A stretch of DNA of 63,454 bases, filler included, from Hausera hauseri (lineage: Eukaryota): assembly GCA_046269625.1 (NCBI GenBank). It is 11 parts of 11 records of this genome, joined end to end, with 100 filler letters (N's around TTAATTAATTAA, not from the genome) between each part and the next. Parts side by side here need not be neighbours in the genome. Positions count along the whole stretch, not along the records: positions 9,413 to 15,509 come from JBJURY010141094.1; positions 15,610 to 19,622 come from JBJURY010819975.1; positions 19,723 to 31,560 come from JBJURY010065550.1; 8 more parts are not named here. One strand, 5' to 3'. Position numbers and translations under genes: made by a program. This document shows, one piece after another, positions 13,701 through 23,774 of the stretch. Position 1 is the first letter of the stretch; each line of letters begins with the position of its first letter. The notes under the pieces were generated by a model, which was not told the DNA's origin, did not search any database, and saw only the letters and a program-made list of their open reading frames with translations.

Positions 13701-14041
13701 TCCAATACGGCCAGAATAATGTAAATAAAACAGTATCCGTCATTAGTATTTTTTACATTCACTACCGCCAGAGACTGCTTCAAAGCTGCAGGTATCGGTA
13801 TGAATGATCGCCCGGACAAATATATTATGTCACTCGACTTCGTTACAATAAAGCCGAGAGCGACAATTCGTATAATTTGCCATCCACTACCCTTTTTTGT
13901 GTAGTTGGCGATTTTCTCCTCGAGCTTTTCGCCTACGTCGGCAATAAAATCGTCGGAATACGGTACGGCTTGATGTGACAGGTACCACTGTTTCATGTCA
14001 CCTTCAACGTTTTCAAATTCTGCAAGTGCATAATACTGCAC
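10750..14041 (-). pseudogene. Protein-primed family B DNA polymerase with endonuclease VII-like zinc motif, frameshifted
   Basis: YADIEA (ExoI); CYLC...DHDHFTGRYLGAAC; FHNFRGYDCH (ExoII); RFLDSLQFL; KGIFPYDF; DVYLLADVF (ExoIII); YIDINNLYG; YKLRNNSLYG; GDTDSF; DDKR. Confidence 0.92.
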
Positions 14042-14178
14042 TTTTCAGTGGTGGTAGTGTTGGAATTTGGCCACCTCTGTTTCCAATCGGTTACACACAT
14101 GAGCGGGTACATCCTTCAATTACGTTGTTGCTGTTGTTTTCGCCGACATGTCCACCGTCATGTCCACGTACGATCTGT

Positions 14179-14859
14179 TCAAGCCGTACTTGACTGTAAT
14201 GTTGGGAATTCTCTCCCCCCTTCTTGTTGATGCTGTTCCTGCTGCTGCTGCTGGGTACTGTTTCTGATTAAGTCGTCAAGACTTGTTGAGGCCTGATGTT
14301 TCCTACTGGTTGTTGTTGTTGTTGTTGGTATGATGCTGCTGCTGCTGTTCATAAATATTTGTTTCTTCGACCGCTTAAACTGGTTCAAGTGGTCCTTGTG
14401 AGTGTTGTAGAATTGTTCACAGTTGATTTCATCAACTATAGAACAACAACCGGGATAAACATAGATCCGTTTAATGTGAAGCGTTGTGGTGATGCCATAA
14501 TACTGCTCCATTGCAGTACGGCAACCATCAACGTCATGCACTCTACTGGTACAATAATGTGGATATGTGGGGCAATGCGCAAGAATCATCTTCTTTGACC
14601 GCGTAAACGGCCCGAGATAATGTTTGTGCATCTCGTAAAAGTCGGCGTACGGGCACTGCGTTGAAGTATTGCACGTGAGACATAGATATGTGTCCGTCCC
14701 TACAGAGTAGTACTTCGCCATCTGCTGATGGCACTGCTCCTCATTTACGTGAATGCGTGACACGCAATACACGGGATAATGTTTGCATTTCTTCTGAATG
14801 AGAAACAAATTAAAGTAAGCGTACAATACAATATATATAAAATTATTAGAATAAAACAC
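14179..14859 (-). CDS. Unknown protein with a tandemly duplicated Cys/His-rich domain, upstream of pPolB
   Basis: Repeat 1 CKHYPVYCVSRIH....CHQQMAKYY...FYEMHKHYLGPFTRSKK; repeat 2 CPTYPHYCTSRVH....CRTAMEQYY...FYNTHKDHLNQFKRSKK. Confidence 0.55.
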   Translation of the reverse strand: MFYSNNFIYIVLYAYFNLFLIQKKCKHYPVYCVSRIHVNEEQCHQQMAKYYSVGTDTYLCLTCNTSTQCPYADFYEMHKHYLGPFTRSKKMILAHCPTYPHYCTSRVHDVDGCRTAMEQYYGITTTLHIKRIYVYPGCCSIVDEINCEQFYNTHKDHLNQFKRSKKQIFMNSSSSIIPTTTTTTSRKHQASTSLDDLIRNSTQQQQQEQHQQEGGREFPTLQSSTA

Positions 14860-16482
14860 TACTTCTATGGTGGGGTAGGGGTGCTGATATAAGGGAGACT
14901 ATAAATATTTGCCTCTCTTAGCACTCAATGTCACAGTAAGTAAACAAACGTATGGAAGAGTACATAGAAAGCGAGATTCATAGATTGACCGATGACATTT
15001 TGACCGTCCATGTGTTTGATGTTCAGTACCTATGTGAGCTGTCGGAAACGAGAACAATGAGCAGAGAATATATTGAATTGATAGTCAGATTTCTGTTCGT
15101 AAAACATATCGAGGATTAAATGAGACGAAAACAACAACAGCAACGACGACGTGTTAATTTTCTCATTGGACTTGTATTTACTGCTTCGCTTTGTATTGTA
15201 ATGAAAAAGTTGATTAACCGTATTTAACCACACATAAATATGTTATTTCGCTACGTGTTTGTTTTTACTGTGTGTGTGTGTGTTCAATATAGATTGCAGT
15301 ATAAATACTTGTGCTTCTTCTTCTTCTCATATGATTATACAATGTCTCACTTGACGACACAACTCATTAGCTTATACCACTCATTCGAGGGTCTCCGGAA
15401 CCACCTGTACAATCTTGATGGACCGTTGGACAATGCTCGGTATTTGCCTCCGGAAGAGCTACTTCTACTTGCTGAGCAGAATTGGAGGGCACGAGAACCC
15501 GACTTACGCNNNNNNNNNNNNNNNNNNNNNNNNNNNNNNNNNNNNNNNNNNNNTTAATTAATTAANNNNNNNNNNNNNNNNNNNNNNNNNNNNNNNNNNN
15601 NNNNNNNNNTACAGATTCTACTTTAGAGGTAGAATACTGGATGAATTAGAACAATTAATCGATGTTGGGATTATACCCGACGAGACCAATAGAATAGTGG
15701 CAATAATAACTAACGAGCAGACTAAAGAAGAAGCCATACGTAAGGCAAAGACGGAACAGTGTGTAGGACAAATCATGGGAGTCCGAGACGCTGCAATGTA
15801 TTTTGAGTATTTACAAACAGATGAAGACAAAGAACAATATGACAAGAACTTAGTTCCATTAGGTACAACACCGGCGACCATCCAGAAACAGAAACGGCCT
15901 GTAGGTAGGCCTAGAAAAATCCGAGAAGATGTCGATTACAATGGAGAGCTAATTAGAGAATTGCGACAGATGTCAATTCCCACTTTTAGTACGGATAATG
16001 AAGAACTAAGCGAATTGATGAAGAATTTAATACGAATAGTAAACTATTCGAGCCTCCGAGGAGACACGTTAGATGATAAAGAAAAAGTGATCTTTAACGC
16101 AGCTAGGACAATGAGAAGTGCGCGTTTCAAATTATCAAAAAGTAACTTGACGGACGAAGCAGTAGTTGAGAAGATTATGGTAGAAAATTCAATAGAGGAA
16201 TTGAGAAAGGTATTGCTCTATCTAGCAATCAAGACAAATCCTAGTCGAGAAAATGAATTCAATCGGGCTATTAGCTTGGCGCGAAAAGCAGCAAGGAAAT
16301 TACCCTGCGAAGTAAATTGGCTTAAAATATTCGATAAGGAAGAAGATAAAAGAGCCACTGGTAGTAGACTAGAAGACGCGCTACGGAATCTGACGGTAAC
16401 AGGCAATAATACCCGGAAAAACGAATCTAACTGGTTAATCAGCCTACTCACGATAATGATGTTAATGAAACAGATAGGTGCC

Positions 16483-18240
16483 GTCACTGTCTACGATTGT
16501 GATAAATTTAAGCTCGGACAAAAATACTCTCTAATGGATTTAGAAGCATGCGAGGATGCCAGACCCCACAAATTGGAAACAAAAGAAAAGAGTTATATCC
16601 TGTACCAACAACAAGAATTGATATCCTTGGACGGAATGGAGTGTATGCTTAAGCGATTTCGTAGCATTTTTCATTGTGGATTAATGTATGGACATTCTTC
16701 AATAATCAAACCAACGACCCCCCTGATTCCAATGAATTTAGAAAGACAACACTGCAAACAGGCTAAAGAAACTGGAAAACTGAACTGGGATAGCATGGAA
16801 ATAGAAATGCAACCAGGGAAGATAATCAGGGTAAATAAAGTAGTAGTCGGAAGGTTAGATATGCACAACGGACATTGTAATGGAGTAGAATACGACACTG
16901 GAAAGGGATTAGAACCCAACATAGTGGTCGTAGACTTTTACGAATCAGAGATGCGAACACAGAAAGTATTGTTCCACAGCGTCACCAAATTATATACTGA
17001 GAATCAAAAATGCCATTTACAAGACGGAACATATCCCTTTCGAAGTTCTGTTATTATATGGGAACCTCCCACAGGAAAAAGCTGCAACTTCATTAAGATC
17101 AAAGAATTGAAATTCAATGAAACTACTGGGAAAAGATATGCGGATAAGGCCTATAGTAATTCAAGATCACGAGAAGATGTAGCAGAACACTCTACACCCG
17201 CCATATTAATTTCGGAACAACACGGACTGAAATTCATTAAGAAAGAAGTGATTTCGCGTTGCGAAGTTGTAATGTTTGCCACCAACTATGAAGCATTTTT
17301 TGTTGCAGAAACGGAAGTAAATGCGAAAACCTTTCAACTGCAAACACAGGACGTTCGAATGGAAGATTATCTGAAGAACCGAGATGATTATTTTTATTAC
17401 AAAGGACAAGCGGGAATAGCTGAATTGTACCACAAGATGATAACGAACGACTGTAAGTTGGATATGGAAATTATGAGGACAAAGTTAGCCCTTATTTATG
17501 CAAACCCAGAGCTGGCGTCACCAATAATTCCCATGAGAGAAGGAATTTTTGGCCGAGTTACAGGTGAAGTTTTGTTAACGTATGAATGTGAAAAACGAGA
17601 TACGCCGATCAATGTCGAAGAAAAACGATGTATACAGGAACTTCCCGTTATTTATCAGAGCACTCCAAGATTAGCTATGCCACTTACCAGAGTGTTGTTG
17701 GACAACGCGACTCAGCCAACAATCCTTAAGGATTGTAAAGCAAGCTTAGGAGAACCCATGTTTAAACACAGCGATACTAAGTGGGTTAGTTTACCAAATG
17801 GAGGTATCAGTGATACCCCAGACAAACTGGCAGGAACAAATCTCGCAAGAGGAATTACCTATGATAAATTTTTAGACACCTCATCACAAGGGATTTATAG
17901 ACCTAAGGAAATCGAAGCTTTCAGACAATTTCTTGCTTTTCCACGACAATGTACTCATGAATTAAATCGAGCTATGGCTTCTGTAATAGATGACACTCGA
18001 CATCAGGCTAAATAGGAATCGTTGTTAGGAGTAAATCACTATCAACGAGTAACTACGAAAATATTTTCTAAAATTTGGGGAAGATTCTTAATTTTTGGAC
18101 AAGCCGTATCTGGATTCTTAGCAATCTATTTTATGGTGCAATTAGTAAAGGCCGTAATCCAAGCAATCATAAATGGTTATGAAATATTTACATTAACAGG
18201 ATTTTCTTGCAAAATTTTGACTGCAATTATTACACCCTTC
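16483..18240 (+). CDS. Chuvirus (Jingchuvirales)-like envelope glycoprotein domain
   Basis: Signal peptide WLISLLTIMMLMKQIGA (from 16432), then VTVYDC, SLMDLEAC, IFHCGLMYGHSS, GHCNG, GIFGRVTGEVLLTYEC, CIQELPV, TRVL, GIY...FLAFP and WGRFLIFG...AIINGY. The cysteine spacing and motifs follow the chuvirus G pattern (YDC, CGMHSH, AGEV...C, CY.ELPV, GIY, MFP, IHGY). Confidence 0.85.
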
Positions 18241-18919
18241 GGTAAAATGCTTAAAGCCTACGAAGAAAATCGATGGAAAAATGATGTGGAACGACATGTT
18301 GGCTACCACAACTACAAGCGGCGAGCAAGACCCTTCTTCCTATTAAGACGTAAAACTAAGAAAACGATAACCAGAAGAGATGATTCGGAGGATGACGAGC
18401 CTAAGGCAGGAGAAGCGTTCCCTAGACAAAATAGACACAAAATGTATTCAGTGAACAAAGCACCATTGCCCATCATGCCGCCGACAGCCCCGGTATACGA
18501 AGATTGTGATAAGTCTTCTACGATGTCATACAGATCAGCATTTTGTCAGAATCCCTTCCACTTTGAAGATCCTTATGAAGGAACAAAACAGTACGGAGTG
18601 TTAAAGAAAATGCAAATTACTAACCAACAGCGAGCGGAAGATGATCATGGAATAATATACTCGTCAAGAATACCTCGCAACATAGAATCCAAATCGACAA
18701 TCTGGGAAACTCATGGAACGAGATCGTTTTCAAACTCAAGAATTCAAGAACCATTAATTAGAAACAATGAAAGTGGCGTAGTGAACAATGATCTATATCC
18801 AAACGGGGAACTGAAACAACTGACAGAGAATATTGTATCGTCGCCAGAGATAACGATTAATGGACATAAAATTTCTTCAATTAGACGCCCCAAGGATGTA
18901 TCGAATTGTTACGGGACAG

Positions 18920-19260
18920 TTGTGGAAGGAAGACCCTTTGCAAAAGTTACCATCGAGGATTGGGAAGTTTATGCCTTAGTGGACACCGGATCGGAGAAGT
19001 CCTTTATCAAATTAGAATCAATACCGCCGACACTACGAAAACAATTACAGCCAGCATCTTCATCAGATCCAAGTAGTATAGGAGCCTTCGGGCAAAAATT
19101 CAAACCGAAATTTAAGTGGAGCCCTGTAGTTCATATAATGGGTCAGACCCTTACGCATGAATTTGCTATAATGGATCAACTAACTGATGACGTAGTACTA
19201 GGTTGTGATATACTGAAACAGTTACCTAATACCGCAATAAATCTACAAACTGGGAAATTG
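18920..19260 (+). CDS. Retropepsin aspartic protease domain, in frame with the glycoprotein
   Basis: RPFAKVTIEDWEVYALVDTGSEKSFI ... DVVLGCDIL. Confidence 0.93.
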
Positions 19261-20041
19261 GTTGAACTCGGACCAATAAAAGGGATCAAAACAATGAAAG
19301 AAAGGAAATCAGGAGAAGTATGGATTCCCGTTGATGAAAATATTCCACCTTGGACTGAAATGTTAATTTATGTTCAAATTCGAGAGGAAGACGATCAACC
19401 GGTATATTTTGAGCCGCAAGAGGATGTTAACCCAAATATCATACTCAGTAATATTTTGACAAGAGTAACGACAGGACGAGTACCAATTAGATTGGCGAAC
19501 AATGCACCAACTCCTGTAAAGCTGTACGCCAATACCACATTGGGCCACACTTATAAGGTGTCAGCTATAACAATCGAAGAAAAACCGTACAAATACGCCG
19601 AATTCCCACCTCATGTTGAAACNNNNNNNNNNNNNNNNNNNNNNNNNNNNNNNNNNNNNNNNNNNNTTAATTAATTAANNNNNNNNNNNNNNNNNNNNNN
19701 NNNNNNNNNNNNNNNNNNNNNNTAGTGAAACCACGATCAAACCAATCAATATATTGATTATTGATCATTGATTTCATATCTCCATATAAAATTCCCATAT
19801 AATATTGATTATCGATCCTGGAGGGGGGGTTGGTTTGGTGTGCTCACTTCCCCCTACTGACATAACATGAATGACAAACTGGAAATCTGACTTTAGTACA
19901 ATATTGGTTGAAAAAAAACGAAAATTTTATGAAATTTCAACATTCCTCTGCGTGTTAGGGAAAATTGAAGAAGTTCCAAATGATGTGACATTATTGAGAT
20001 CATATTGCATAATCATAGTTTTGTTGTCGAATATTTTTCGT

Positions 20042-20202
20042 ATTTAAATTCAAATATAAAATCCTTTACCAAGAACTGATCCCATAACTGTAGATTTTAA
20101 ACTCAAATAAAAGAGACACCAACTTTAGTTGTTCACTGGTAGACATTTTTCTCTGTTTATTGGATCAGTCCTTGGTAAAAGACTTTATATTTAAATTTAA
20201 AT
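20042..20202. repeat. Imperfect ~46-bp inverted repeat with a ~70-bp spacer (MITE-like)
   Basis: ATTTAAATTCAAATATAAAATCCTTTACCAAGAACTGATCC matches the reverse complement of 20156-20202. Confidence 0.6.
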
Positions 20203-20621
20203 GTAAATGATTTACTAGCACGTTACTCCGACAGCATTTAAAAAACCATAATTGTATCTATCCAGTTGCATTGGAACACAAAAACGTTACAATTGTTGAT
20301 AAATAGTTGTTCGGTTTACTAATTAGATTTTCGAAGTATGACACTGAATTCAGTTATTACTGTTATATATTGGGGTGGCCCTTACACAATCTACCTCTAT
20401 ATAACAATAGTTAAAGTAAATTTAGTTTGAGTTGTATGCATGTACGGTTTATCGTTCTCAAATAGACTGTTTGTGCCTTACTTATAGTTAATTTCTTTTA
20501 GAACACTACTATAGGTACTGAATGTAGATGCTTGCGTCACGTTACTCAATTTCTCCTCTTATGTATATAGTTCACGTCTAGAGTTTAATCCTAGTGGAGT
20601 CAAATCGCTTTTAAGAAGCAA

Positions 20622-21139
20622 TGGAAATTATCAAAAAAATAGAGATACAACAATACTTTATTAACAAGAAAAATTACCCAATATCAATGAATACAATACT
20701 AATAGTAGCACGGTGAAGTCCTTTCGTCAACACAATCAAGATTAATAGAATAAGTCTTTATCAGTATCAATTTCGCTGCGTCTGATTTCGTTCTGTCTCT
20801 CCAATTAGTTCTGATCTAGCTCTGTTAGTATTTGGCTTTTATACTGTAACGTTTCTAGCGTATTTCATTTAGTGCCCATAATTTTCCAATAAAAACTCTT
20901 TTACTACATTATATCTTATATAATGGCTTTCTTTTATGATTCTTTTTAGATATAATTTCATTCATTCCGCTTTTTACACTCATTTTATTTCTAATATCTA
21001 CATAAATATTATTTACAATGATTTCATTAGTCGCCCAACTCTGCAAATTAGTTTTAGCAATTTGGACAGGCTGTACTATGGGTCTCTATTGCGTTATGAC
21101 CTGGACCAGCTGTCTCATTTTGACTTCTATTCTTCAACA
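20622..21139 (-). repeat. 3' LTR of copy C (left boundary approximate)
   Basis: PPT AGGGAGGAGAAA (21140-21151) directly followed by TGTTG; TATAAAA near 20840; AATAAA near 20660; candidate end ...TTTCCA. Confidence 0.7.
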
Positions 21140-21506
21140 TTTCTCCTCCCTGAGCGGCATCCTCGGATGTGCCTATTGCGTCAGGAGAGGTGACGCCCGA
21201 TCGAGGTGGTCGTAATAAGTCCATACGTTGTCTTAAGCTTGATCCTGAACTGGTACTTGCTTGATTTTCCCTATGGTTTGTCTCCAACTCGTAGCTAAAA
21301 TGGGGCTTTATTATGACCACTCTGGTATAATTGCCATTTGAGTAATACTTCAAGTCCGTCGCTTGTACTCTACACACAGCACACGTGGTTTTACCGTTTT
21401 CTAACGTCCACATTTCTAGACAATCTGGACAGTACTTGTGTCGACAATCCAAGTTATTTAGAACTACATAACCTTGTTTTAGATTGGCCTCACACCGGAT
21501 TTTCAT
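21054..21506 (-). CDS. RING-HC finger protein (putative E3 ligase) overlapping the PPT and 3' LTR
   Basis: C...CRHKYCPDC...W....CAVCR. The first Cys of the RING appears mutated. Confidence 0.75.
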   Translation of the reverse strand: MKIRCEANLKQGYVVLNNLDCRHKYCPDCLEMWTLENGKTTCAVCRVQATDLKYYSNGNYTRVVIIKPHFSYELETNHRENQASTSSGSSLRQRMDLLRPPRSGVTSPDAIGTSEDAAQGGEMLKNRSQNETAGPGHNAIETHSTACPNC

Positions 21507-21569
21507 TTTCTTTTTTTCCCCAGTTTTCGTCGTGCAAATCGACTCATTGTAATTTCAATGGGTTCCATC

Positions 21570-23644
21570 GCTAGTCCTCCTTCATCTTGGTATAGATAAC
21601 CATGTATTCTTTTTTGTTTCCTGTTTATTGAACTCTTCTTGGGATCACATACCACGGGCACTAAGGTCCAATCGCTTATAACATCTCGATCTAAATCGGG
21701 AATTTTACCAGTGTATCAGTATTTCTGATACTGTTTCTTAAGTAATATCTTTACGGACTTGTCCACAGGGACTATGAGTTTACCATTCCTTTTTGACTGA
21801 AATATTGGGACAACATATTTACCGATCCTTGGATTCTCCCATACGTACGTATTCTTATATACTTCCCATGCGGGCATCAATTTGACGAAAAACATTGCTT
21901 CTTGATTCTTTGTTGACTATAATATTCGGTAGTTACCAATATTCTGGGGTAATCCTTGGTGGTGGTGAACTGGATGTTGTCCGCGGAATCTTTCTTTCGT
22001 AATACATTTACTTCCGTTATTTGCTCCCTTTGTTTACTTGGAGGTCTTCCAAATTTTTTGGTTTAAATCGGCGTTCGCGGTTTGGATGAGTTTTCTTTTT
22101 GTAAAGTTGGATTTTGTTATTTGATTTATATCCTTCTTGTGGTCTTTTTTCGCCTTCTTTACTTTTTCCTTAAACAAGTAATCGAGGAAAGAAGTTTTTC
22201 TTTTAGTCGTTTTTCTGATTTCGGTTTCTTGGATCCTATCCCCTTTTTCTAGGTACTTTTTGGGAATTTCTGGTATTTTGAATATATAGCTGTTTTCAAT
22301 GACTTTAGTAAGCGATTTAACGTCATAGCTTGTACTAGGTTTTTCGTCTATTTGCTTTCTGCTATGGGATCTCCCGGGGTTAATTCCTTGAATAGTCACT
22401 TGATAATTCCACTCTTGTGTTTTTTCGACATTCTTTGGGGGAGAGTAGGGACGGAAATGCCTCCTGTATCGGTTACTTGATCCTTCTATTTCATGGAATT
22501 TACGTAAGTTCTTGCCAGGGTTACTTGGGATCCATTCATGTTCCCATCTTAATCCAGCATTTATGTCCCTCAAGTATTGGGAAGGTTGACTAGCAGTTAG
22601 TAATCAATTTATTTTAATATGTCCTTCACTCATTGCTTTGATCATTAGCTTAAATCGACCTTCCACGGTCGGGGGTAGATAGCCCTTTCATTCTTTTACC
22701 TTTATCTCTATTTGTTTTATTACGGTTGGATGGGTTTCCATTTCTCTTATCCCGGCTATATATGTAACGGGTATTCCTAATTTTTCTATAATCATTTCTA
22801 CTTGGTAACCCACTATGATACAACCATATAGGCAATGTGTCATATCCTCTTGTAACAGTTTACTATCTTTTCCTGATATCAATTGTTCCCTTTTTAGTCC
22901 GGTTACTTTCGCGTAAGTTTCTTTTATCCTTTTTTCTCGGATTAATTATTTTTGAGTAGATTTCCGTTCCACTTGCTTCTCGTATCGATATCGCAATCGA
23001 AATGTAGTTTTCCTCGTCCTCTTCTCCGTAGTTTACTGCGACGATCCGAATGTTCATTGTGTCTGCAACTAATCTAAATGAATGTAAGTGCTCTTCCTGA
23101 CCTTCCTCAGTGGGTTCTTGTCTAAACTCTAATGGCGGCAATGGTTTGGTTATTATATCTTCTCTTGTTGTTTCAGTCATCAGTTTTACGGGCAAGGCGG
23201 CTATACGGAATTCCAGTTCGTGGTTGAAATCTAGAAAATCCTTACTGTTGAATACAAAGGTGCTGTATCGATTTTGTCTTCCTTGAAACGAGTTCCGTTG
23301 CTGGCTTTTCAAACGGTAATAAATTTCTCCATCTTCGAGATGTATGAACAATTTTTGCTTTCCGTCAGTCTCGTAATGGGCTATTTGTTGTAGGTTATAT
23401 GCTCTTGCATCTTTATCTTCTCGCCATGCATATAAATAAATTGTCCTATCTTCTTCCGTGGTTCCTTTTAAATTGTTAGGGATGTTATTGATTTTCTCAT
23501 ATCGGACGAAAGTTTGTCCTTGTAGCACCGTACTAATCTATATATATAGACTTGGAATTTGGGATTAATACGGTTACGTATTGTTGTAGAAATTCGTCGA
23601 TGCTATGTCGGCTTGCCTGCATATCAGTCTGAGTACTTACCAAT
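21570..23644 (-). pseudogene. Frameshifted accessory ORF homologous to 56612-58717 (IPNNxK domain plus DEDDh-exonuclease-like domain)
   Basis: HSIDEFLQQY, NIPNNLKG, IRIVAVNYG...ISIREASGTEIY and CLYGCIIVG...YIAGIREMETHP align with LSIEQLLSQY, QIPNSLK, IRILTVSLG...ISDLKGKTLY and WLFGTIVMG...YLAGVVDILKHP. Confidence 0.7.
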
Positions 23645-23774
23645 CTGAAAAAGAAAATGTAAAGGTTAATCTTAAAACAAAGTATGGCTTTAAACCAAAA
23701 CCAATTCCTTGTTTGGTGACAGAATAACCTGATCTGTAGTTGTCAAGTTATTTTATCATACGGGTCCACTGGAT

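Larger units (their letters stand above)
9413..15509. mobile_element. Polinton/adintovirus-like endogenous element remnant (pPolB plus small unknown ORFs)
   Basis: Contains a disrupted protein-primed PolB flanked by small compact ORFs (9416-9772, ~9980-10409, ~14952-15120, 15341-15509), with TATA- and AATAAA-like signals between them. Confidence 0.7.
15610..19622 (+). mobile_element. Chuvirus-G Gypsy element copy B: near-intact polyprotein segment (UBL end - AT-hook - signal peptide - glycoprotein - TM - PTAP - protease)
   Basis: One reading frame spans the whole contig (~1337 codons) with a single TAG at 18013-18015. The homologous codon is CGG or TGG in copies C and E. Confidence 0.93.

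Noticed and set aside
18013-18015. TAG between the 772-aa and 550-aa ORFs as programmed read-through or a gene boundary
   Set aside because: The homologous codon is CGG in copy C and TGG in copy E, and it falls inside the G ectodomain. It is a decay mutation.
15697-18015. Stand-alone chuvirus endogenous viral element
   Set aside because: No chuvirus L or recognisable N lies nearby, and G has the same retroelement context in all five copies.
20870-20885. 12-bp AATTATGGGCAC shared upstream of the TATA boxes of two LTRs (also near 56185-56197)
   Set aside because: The two instances are in opposite orientations relative to their elements and there are only two, which is too weak to call a regulatory site.
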